From Methanogenium marinum (GTDB lineage: Archaea > Halobacteriota > Methanomicrobia > Methanomicrobiales > Methanomicrobiaceae), in NCBI RefSeq assembly GCF_028912405.1, contig NZ_JAKELO010000002.1:969276-1001275 (forward strand): a stretch of DNA of 32,000 bases, given 5' to 3'. The translations under genes and the position numbers were made by a program. The notes under the pieces are model-generated. The model ran no database searches. It was not told the DNA's origin and saw nothing but the letters and a program-made list of their open reading frames with translations. Shown here one piece after another: positions 7,853-14,510 of the stretch. How positions within the stretch are numbered: position 1 is the stretch's first letter; every line of letters starts with the position of its first letter.

Positions 7853-9034
7853 ATGGACCTTCTGACACATCATCCATACAATAAAGACAAACTCCCAAAA
7901 CCTGCCTTTACTCTGCGTGAGGCTGCGGGATCAGTTGGCGACTTCGGAACAATTCTTCCGATTATCTTCGGAGTGGCCCTTGTTTCAGATATGAATATCA
8001 GCAATATTCTCTTTTTTTTCGGTCTCTGGTTTATTATTTCCGGGTATTACTACCGTCTGCCGGTGCCCATTGAACCAATGAAGGCTGTCGGAGCGGTGGT
8101 GATTGCCGGTTCACTCACCCATGACATCATCGCTGCGTCAGGCATTATCATCGGAATATTCTTTCTTCTGGCAGGCGTGATGCGCTGGATGGAGGCACTG
8201 AAGAAATACATCCCAAAAAATGTCATCCGGGGTGTTCAGGCAGCCCTTGCACTTCTGCTGCTTCGTTCAGCCTTCGGGTTTGCAACCGGGGATATCATTC
8301 CCTTCGCTGTGGCCACGCTTATCATCGCACTTTTCTGGGTCGGTGCAAAGTATACCCGGTTGCCGGATGTCTCAGCACTCATCGTAGTATTCGGTGGGGT
8401 GGGAGCAGGCATTCTCATCACGGGGATGCCCGAATTTGTCCTCCCTGCCCTTCCAACATTCTACCTGCCTCCCCCGGAGGTATTCTCCCCGGCATTCACT
8501 GACCTCGTCCTCCCGCAGATTCCACTTACCATTACCAATGCCATTCTTGCAACATCTCTTCTGACGATTGATCTCTTCCGCCACGAGATCAAACCTGACC
8601 GCCTCTCTGCCACTATAGGTGTGATGAATCTGGTCACGGTTCCATTCGGAGGATTCCCCATGTGTCACGGTGCAGGGGGCATGGCAGGACAGTATCGCTT
8701 CGGAGCACGCACCGGCGGGGCAAATATCATTGCAGGTGTCATCCTCCTGGCCTTCGCCTTCTTCTTTGCATCAGCAAGCGTGCTCTCAATCATCCCCACC
8801 GGCATATTCGGTGCCCTCCTCCTGTTTGTAGCGATAGAACTGGGTATTCATGCAACCAAAACCGACTCTCTTGCGGTGACCGGCATCATGGCAGTGGTCT
8901 CCTTTGCAGGTAACATCACCATTGCATTCATTGTAGGCATGATACTCGCATGGGGACGTATCTGGTACCTGAGAAAGAAAGGACTCGAAACAGACACTGA
9001 AAAGAGCAGTGTTTCAGAAGAAACGGAAGAATAA
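7853..9034 (+). CDS. MOT1/MOT2-family (MFS_MOT1) putative molybdate/tungstate transporter
   Basis: GDFGTILPI and PVPIEPMKAVGA match the two signature motifs (GDLGTxIPI, PVQPMK) of MOT-type molybdate transporters. About 10 hydrophobic segments. Confidence 0.7.
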   Translation: MDLLTHHPYNKDKLPKPAFTLREAAGSVGDFGTILPIIFGVALVSDMNISNILFFFGLWFIISGYYYRLPVPIEPMKAVGAVVIAGSLTHDIIAASGIIIGIFFLLAGVMRWMEALKKYIPKNVIRGVQAALALLLLRSAFGFATGDIIPFAVATLIIALFWVGAKYTRLPDVSALIVVFGGVGAGILITGMPEFVLPALPTFYLPPPEVFSPAFTDLVLPQIPLTITNAILATSLLTIDLFRHEIKPDRLSATIGVMNLVTVPFGGFPMCHGAGGMAGQYRFGARTGGANIIAGVILLAFAFFFASASVLSIIPTGIFGALLLFVAIELGIHATKTDSLAVTGIMAVVSFAGNITIAFIVGMILAWGRIWYLRKKGLETDTEKSSVSEETEE

Positions 9035-9770
9035 CAGAGGGCTGAGCGTTCCATTGTATGGGCACTGCATGTCAGATGCACCCGTACAACGGAAGGCCCC
9101 CATCATGGGACACATAATACCGGAATGAGTAGCCCGATTCAGGTTGAGAGGAAGAGTCTCTTCCTGAACGCACAAAACCACCAGGGCCATCCATCAGGTT
9201 TGTGGGAAGGATGGGTGTTATACTGGAGCGGTGTATGACCCCCTTTGCCTATCCATCGATGCGGTAGACAAAAGAGGAGCAGACCTTGTGATACGACCAC
9301 TGGCTGTATGAAACCCCCGCCATGAGATTGGATTTGCTCCTGTAAGGGAGAGTTGATGATTCCACATTGGAAGAGGGGGAGCAGGGGTTGAACACAGGTT
9401 TGTGCAGACGGAAGGGAGCTAAAAAACACCAGCGAGCTGACCTGAGTAAGGGAATGCTCTGAATGAGCGTTGGGCGAAAAACCCCTTTAGGCCGAATACT
9501 ACTGGTGATCTGAGGCGGGTACAAAAAACATGGGGTATGGTTCCATGCCAATATACCTGCTTCCCGAAGCCCCCTTCCGAAAGGGTCTTTAGCATCCGGT
9601 TCTGATATCCTCATCAGAGCATCGGGGTTATCTGAATATAACTCTTTACATTCGCACAATTGTTAATAATAATTAATTACCAAAAACCAGACACTCTTCT
9701 GCTATTTCCTTTGACAAAAAATACCTGCCAAACGTACTATTATGGCATTCCGGGACGAACGCATTCCTAT

Positions 9771-11018
9771 ATGTTGAAACCGCTGCAGGTTGAGACCTGG
9801 GTGCAGTCCCGCCGGTCTGACCTTGATGATGTACGTGAGCCGGTCGAGGCAATAATCCGGCAGGTGCGGGAGGGAAAGGACGCTGCACTCCGGGATTTGA
9901 CTGCCCGGTTTGACGGAATCGAAATAGATGATTTCCGCGTGACAGAAGAGGAGATTGAGGCGGCCTATGATGAGGTTGACACCGAAATCACGGAACGCCT
10001 CATCGAGGCAGAAGCACGGATAACACAGTTCCACGAACTCCAAAAGCGTACCGGGATGTGGCTGCAGGAGACCGAGCCCGGTATCACTCTCGGAGTGAAG
10101 ACGACAGCTCTGCACCGTATCGGGGCCTATGTCCCCGGCGGGCGGGCCGCATACCCGTCCACCGCCCTGATGACGGCCATCCCTGCACGGGTGGCAGGTG
10201 TCAAAGAAATCTGCTGCTGCACACCGCCGCCCATCCATCCCCTGACGTTGGTAGCCCTTGATATCGCCGGTGTCACTGAAATATACCGCCTCGGCGGAGC
10301 ACAGGCAATCGCTGCAATGGCTCTCGGGACGGAATCAGTAAAGCCAGTCCAGAAAATAGTCGGGCCGGGGAACATCTTTGTGACTGCAGCAAAGATGATG
10401 CTGCGTGACCATGCAGAGATTGACTTTCCGGCAGGCCCGTCTGAGATTGGCATCATCGCAGACGCAACCGCGATACCTGAATATATCGCAGCAGACATCA
10501 TGGCCCAGGCAGAGCATGACCCGAAGGCCGCCTGTGTCCTTGTCACAACCGATCCAAAAATTGCAGAGGCAGCGTCTGCGGAAGTGGCCCGGATGTTCCA
10601 GGAGAGTCCACGGAAAGAAATCATCGAAAAGGCACTCGCCAACTCCGGCTACATCATCGCAGATACGCTGAGTGAAGCCATTCGTCTGATAAATGAGATT
10701 GCACCCGAACACCTCTCCATCCAGGTGGCTGACACCTTTTCCGTCCTATCAAAGATAGAAAATGCAGGCTCAATCTTTGCCGGGCCCTTCACCGCGGTTG
10801 CCTGCGGAGACTATGCCTCCGGCACAAACCATGTTCTCCCGACAGCAGGATATGCCCGGATGTACTCAGGCCTCAATGTCGACCACTTCTGCAAGACGTC
10901 AACCATTCAGATGATTGACCGGGAAGGGCTTGAGGCGATTGGGGATATTGTCGAGACACTTGCCGATGCGGAAGGGCTGCATGCCCATGCTGAGTCGGTG
11001 CGGATTCGGCGACGATAA
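9771..11018 (+). CDS. hisD: Histidinol dehydrogenase
   Basis: Full-length HisD pattern ([20 protein letters not shown]). The start is set at ATG 9771 ([10 protein letters not shown]). The TTG at 9660 lies in an AT-rich promoter-like tract. Confidence 0.93.
   Translation: MLKPLQVETWVQSRRSDLDDVREPVEAIIRQVREGKDAALRDLTARFDGIEIDDFRVTEEEIEAAYDEVDTEITERLIEAEARITQFHELQKRTGMWLQETEPGITLGVKTTALHRIGAYVPGGRAAYPSTALMTAIPARVAGVKEICCCTPPPIHPLTLVALDIAGVTEIYRLGGAQAIAAMALGTESVKPVQKIVGPGNIFVTAAKMMLRDHAEIDFPAGPSEIGIIADATAIPEYIAADIMAQAEHDPKAACVLVTTDPKIAEAASAEVARMFQESPRKEIIEKALANSGYIIADTLSEAIRLINEIAPEHLSIQVADTFSVLSKIENAGSIFAGPFTAVACGDYASGTNHVLPTAGYARMYSGLNVDHFCKTSTIQMIDREGLEAIGDIVETLADAEGLHAHAESVRIRRR
10696..11018 (+). 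repeat. Direct repeat copy A: 3' end of the intact hisD, repeated at 12108-12430
   Basis: By hand alignment there are about 29 mismatches in ~323 nt against 12108-12430, with no indels. Both copies run to a stop codon (TAA versus TGA). Confidence 0.9.
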
Positions 11019-11044
11019 AAACCATAGAAACCAGAAATCAACTA

Positions 11045-11062
11045 TTTTTGAATACAATTTTT
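11045..11062 (+). terminator. Two T5 runs after the hisD stop
   Basis: TTTTT occurs at 11045-11049 and 11058-11062, within 45 nt of the TAA. Confidence 0.35.
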
Positions 11063-11197
11063 AGAATTTCGCAGAACAGGGAAGTATGTGATGCATAAAA
11101 CCGGAATGTCACGGAAAACATCCAACCAACAGCATCCTCACAAAAACGAATACATACCCGACAAATATCAGGATATCAATACGGGGACATACTATTC

Positions 11198-11413
11198 ATG
11201 AAACTTGACATTGTTCTTGAAAAGGAAGAAAGCGGAGGATATTCAGCCCACTGTCCAGCCCTTAAGGGGTGCCACTCCCAGGGAATGACCGGGGAAGAAG
11301 CACTCAAAAATATGCAGGAAGCCATTGAACTTTATCTGGAAGTCACCCACGATATTGCCTCCCGGCAGGTAACATCCCGGCCGGGTTCAATCCTCATTGA
11401 TCTCGCAGTATGA
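11198..11413 (+). CDS. hicB: HicB-family antitoxin (UPF0150-type, short form)
   Basis: LEKEESGGYSAHCPALKGCHSQGMTGEEALKNMQEAIELYLE is the classic HicB N-terminal domain pattern. Confidence 0.75.
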   Translation: MKLDIVLEKEESGGYSAHCPALKGCHSQGMTGEEALKNMQEAIELYLEVTHDIASRQVTSRPGSILIDLAV

Positions 11414-11539
11414 GTTACAAAACACCTGTTCCCGATATTCGGCAAAGAGATGGTCCATGTATTTTTAAAAGTCAGATTTCAGGTTGAACATAAACGCCAA
11501 GGATGCAAACACGATTTGTTTATGCCCCTAAATATCTGA
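11414..11539 (+). pseudogene. hicA: Truncated HicA-like mRNA interferase toxin remnant (41 codons)
   Basis: The ORF is too short for the ORF track. A GTG directly abuts the hicB stop. VTKHLFPIFGKEMVHVFLKVRFQVEHKRQGCKHDLFMP resembles the first half of HicA (..SGKEvikaLeklGFevvrqkGSHhil.), then stops early. Confidence 0.4.
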
Positions 11540-11619
11540 GGACCGCATCTTTCACATTGTGGGATGATCCGGGAGTCAGGCACCCATACCTTTTTTTCCT
11601 TTTTGACGAATGTGGCTTT

Positions 11620-12051
11620 ATGGTTTCAGAATATTATAAAAATGCAGAGGGGTGGGGAGTTTTTATCGGTGGGCCCATCGCGATTTTGTATGTATTACTA
11701 AATATCTATTATAATCATTCAATTCATGAAGCACCCATATCTGGCTGGATTTACGTTGGGCCATTTTCATTCATAGTTTCTGCTGGCTTATTTATTTACC
11801 TGCACCTGATATCACGCAGGAATCTTACCGAAGAGGAGGATATAAAAAAGGCTCATCAAAACTATCTGATAGTGATCGCTTCTCTTATTGGTTTTTTTAC
11901 CTGGCTTCTTGTGCTTGTCATTCTTGACCTGATTCACCTTGACATAAATGTGCTCTTGTCAGTATTGTGCGGAAATGCTGTTATTTTACTACTATATTAT
12001 CTGTTGAGAGCGAGTGACAATAAACGAAGTAAAACTGTTGTTAACCAGTAA
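11620..12051 (+). CDS. Small AT-rich hypothetical membrane protein (about 4 TM)
   Basis: ORF 11503-12051. The internal ATG at 11620 (MVSEYYKN...) avoids overlap with the hicA remnant. Four hydrophobic helices; no recognisable family. Confidence 0.45.
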   Translation: MVSEYYKNAEGWGVFIGGPIAILYVLLNIYYNHSIHEAPISGWIYVGPFSFIVSAGLFIYLHLISRRNLTEEEDIKKAHQNYLIVIASLIGFFTWLLVLVILDLIHLDINVLLSVLCGNAVILLLYYLLRASDNKRSKTVVNQ

Positions 12052-12107
12052 TTTGTCTTTTAAAAAATACTGGTTCATGAACAGGGAAGCCATCTCTCTG
12101 ATGAACA

Positions 12108-12430
12108 AGATTGCACCCGAACATCTCTCCATCCAGGTGGCTGACACCTTTGCCGTGCTCTCAAAAATAGAAAACGCAGGCTCAATCTTTGCCGGCCCCT
12201 TCACCGCGGTTGCCTGCGGAGACTATGCATCAGGCACAAACCACGTCCTCCCAACAGCAGGATATGCCCGGATGTATTCAGGCCTCAATGTCGACCACTT
12301 CTGCAAGACATCGTCCATCCAGATGATCGACCAGGAAGGGCTTGAGGCGATTGGCGATATCGTTGAGACCCTTGCCGATGCGGAAGGGCTGCATGCACAT
12401 GCTGAGTCGGTAAGGATTCGACGACGGTGA
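12108..12430 (+). pseudogene. hisD: Orphan 3' fragment of hisD (last ~107 codons): direct repeat copy B, displaced or imported gene end
   Basis: Encodes [19 protein letters not shown]...ESVRIRRR, with only 3 aa differences from hisD residues at 10699-11015. The sequence upstream of 12108 is unrelated to hisD. Confidence 0.9.
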
Positions 12431-12442
12431 TAAATGGAATTA

Positions 12443-12448
12443 TTTTTT
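12443..12448 (+). terminator. Oligo-T (T6) run after the hisD fragment stop
   Basis: TTTTTT lies 13 nt after the TGA at 12428-12430. Confidence 0.3.
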
Positions 12449-12756
12449 GATGAGGAAACAGACCGAAGCTGATTCATATAATTTCAGAGCGTTCATTTGA
12501 CCCCATATGATTAATGAAGATAAATTTACATTTTAAATTCTCATCACCGTTCTTCTTCATTTTAGTGATATACCACTTTTGTAGAAAATTGATATTTCAT
12601 TTTTAAATTCAATTTTTAAGGATTTTTTTGGCCTCGTATAAATCCTTCAAAAAAACATTGTGCAAGCATTATATGAAAAGGAAAATGAATAATCCATCAA
12701 TCTCAATTTTTCCAATGATCACTCGATTGATTCCATAATTGATAGTTGATAATCAG

Positions 12757-13677
12757 TTATTTTTCAATTCCCGTCCCGGATCTATCATTCAAATTTCGTT
12801 TGAATTCTGCATATTTACACTGGCACTTTAAAAATTCATGTAGTTTATTCAGATCTAATTCTGCGTCTTCATAATCTTTAGGGTATATTACAATAATTAA
12901 ATTGTTTGTAAACCTTTTTTCTGAGCATGCTGCTATAAATGATTTTATTATTTCCTGAATTATTATTTCTTTTTCAATCTCAATTCTTGAAAAACCAGTG
13001 CCTAATATTGGAATTACTAATGGATCTGTGCTTCCATGAGATGAAATATAATCCCATAAATTCGAAAGTGATAATAATATATTCTCATAAGAAGAGGAGG
13101 CCACTCCGTATCTATTCATTTCAGCCAGAGCTAAAAAGTATGCAGTAACATCATTATTTTTTATTTGAATTGTTTTACCTATTGGATATCTATTGCACTT
13201 TCCTGTTTTAATACTGTCAATAGTGAAATCATTTTCCAATTCAAGCTGTTTTTCAATTAATTCATCCAATAATTCGATTTTTCCTTCGAAATATTTGGTT
13301 GTAAATTGTCCCTGAATACTTTTTTTAAAAATAATTCCTTCTGTTAAATTAGTATCAAAAGTTGTATTCGTCCCAACAATATAATCCCCTTTTTGTTCAA
13401 AAAAATCTCCAATTACTATACTTATGGTAATATCACGGTTGTTTAATTTTTCATTTATAGAATTTATTGGTCGATTAATGAATACTGAAATAACCAGTGC
13501 TACCAGAATGAGAATAGCTAAAAACCAAACACCTAAGGAAACAATATATTGGCTACATATTTTTGGAATAAAATATGAAGATATTTCCAGAATTAACCAT
13601 AATGCACCTAATATTGCTAAAAAAAGGGAGAATATATTAATAATCCTCTTTTTTTGCAAATAATCTTTTAAAACCAT
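12757..13677 (-). CDS. Membrane-anchored Macro-like domain protein, type II Thoeris ThsA-like effector candidate
   Basis: Two N-terminal TM helices (IINIFSLFLAILGALWLILEI; IVSLGVWFLAILILVALVISVFI). The following domain has ITISIVIGDFF..GDYIVGTNTTFDT and LVIPILGTGFSRI, which fits Macro / ThsA-Macro patterns. The gene starts 12 nt downstream of the TIR gene and is very AT-rich. Confidence 0.6.
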   Translation of the reverse strand: MVLKDYLQKKRIINIFSLFLAILGALWLILEISSYFIPKICSQYIVSLGVWFLAILILVALVISVFINRPINSINEKLNNRDITISIVIGDFFEQKGDYIVGTNTTFDTNLTEGIIFKKSIQGQFTTKYFEGKIELLDELIEKQLELENDFTIDSIKTGKCNRYPIGKTIQIKNNDVTAYFLALAEMNRYGVASSSYENILLSLSNLWDYISSHGSTDPLVIPILGTGFSRIEIEKEIIIQEIIKSFIAACSEKRFTNNLIIVIYPKDYEDAELDLNKLHEFLKCQCKYAEFKRNLNDRSGTGIEK

Positions 13678-13689
13678 TATATTTCCATA

Positions 13690-14193
13690 TTACAGCCCTA
13701 AATTCGTATAAACAGTATCTGTATAGTAATATGGTCCTTGTTTTCCTTCTTTCTTATATTCATCATGTGAATCAGGCCAATTATCTAATGCATGTTGAAT
13801 TATTTTGGCATTAAAACTTGTGTAAATAACAAGTTTATCTTTTATTGCTGATGGACATTTTTCAGAATCTCTTGATCTAAGGCCGTTTAAATTAACCCCA
13901 ATTATAGGCAATCCCATTTTTAATGCAACTTCCATTTCCCATTTTACAAATTTTGTTAAATATCTTGTTTTATCACCAATGAGAACAACAAATGCTTTTG
14001 AATTGGCAAACCGTTCTCTTAATTTTCGCTTTATTGTTTCTTCAGAACTTGAATCTAATGCGTTATTTAGATCATGTGCATCATTAAAATTAAAATCAAT
14101 TCCATCATTATTTTTCCATGCTACCATGAGCCGGTAATAATGAATATCAGTATCACCGTCAAAACAAACGTACGTTTTATTTCTATATGCCAT
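13690..14193 (-). CDS. TIR-like domain protein (ThsB / DUF1863 MTH538-type)
   Basis: YRNKTYVCFDGDTDIHYYRLMVAWKNN..FNFNDAHDL and AFVVLIGDKTRYLTKFVKWEMEVALKMGLPIIGVNL match the conserved blocks of ThsB-type TIR proteins, including the W-E glutamate. Confidence 0.85.
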   Translation of the reverse strand: MAYRNKTYVCFDGDTDIHYYRLMVAWKNNDGIDFNFNDAHDLNNALDSSSEETIKRKLRERFANSKAFVVLIGDKTRYLTKFVKWEMEVALKMGLPIIGVNLNGLRSRDSEKCPSAIKDKLVIYTSFNAKIIQHALDNWPDSHDEYKKEGKQGPYYYTDTVYTNLGL

Positions 14194-14510
14194 ATATACA
14201 CCAAAATGAATATGCTGTGATTCATTTTAATTTAGAATAAGCTTCTGATATGAATAACCACCATACAAAAAATTACACCCTCACATAAGCCCGGAGCGTG
14301 CCGTTCTCAGTCGGGACAACCCATAACATCCTCTCAAAATATCCACCAATAGCGGCCCCAATATAATCCACAATATAAAAATGGTTTAGCAAATAAAAGG
14401 CACAGCATCCACATTCTTCCGGCAACAAACAAGAACTAAAAATACGCCCATTTTGTCCCCAAATCCCAAAACACAGGGAGTCTAAAAAGGTGAAAAAGGG
14501 GAGAAAAGGG

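Larger units (their letters stand above)
11019..14270. mobile_element. AT-rich foreign islet(s) inserted downstream of hisD; remnant integrated element(s) with no integrase in the window
   Basis: Sharp compositional drop: by hand count 16/60 GC at 13201-13260 versus 35/60 at 10201-10260. The segment contains the duplicated hisD 3' end, TA-module remnants and a defense-like gene pair. Confidence 0.55.

Noticed and set aside
9409-9419. CGGAAGGGAGC resembling the SRP RNA helix 8 GGAA-tetraloop region; I also looked for RNase P CR-I/CR-V and group II intron domain V
   Set aside because: The flanking sequence cannot form the helix 8 pairing and lacks the AGCAGCC-type partner. No GGAAAGUCC or correctly placed ACAGAACCCGGCUUA equivalent was found, and no domain V-like hairpin.
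9139-9659. Two overlapping minus-strand ORFs (96 and 136 aa) in the long gap upstream of hisD
   Set aside because: The amino-acid composition (rich in Cys, Trp, Ser and Pro, with no recognisable motifs) and their mutual overlap do not look protein-coding. The region is treated as non-coding or unknown.
11383-11393. GGGTTCAATCC T-loop-like sequence, a possible tRNA fragment or att site
   Set aside because: It lies inside the hicB coding frame, and the flanks do not form a T-stem or any cloverleaf.
12014-12107. N-terminal part of the 138-aa ORF that contains the hisD fragment
   Set aside because: It has no similarity to hisD and overlaps the end of the 4-TM gene. It is most likely a fortuitous open frame upstream of the orphan fragment rather than a real chimeric gene.
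9771-14193. Thoeris type II signalling has been linked to a histidine-ADP-ribose conjugate, and the cassette sits next to a histidine biosynthesis gene
   Set aside because: This is most likely a coincidence of the integration site. The cassette is compositionally foreign and is separated from hisD by other inserted DNA.
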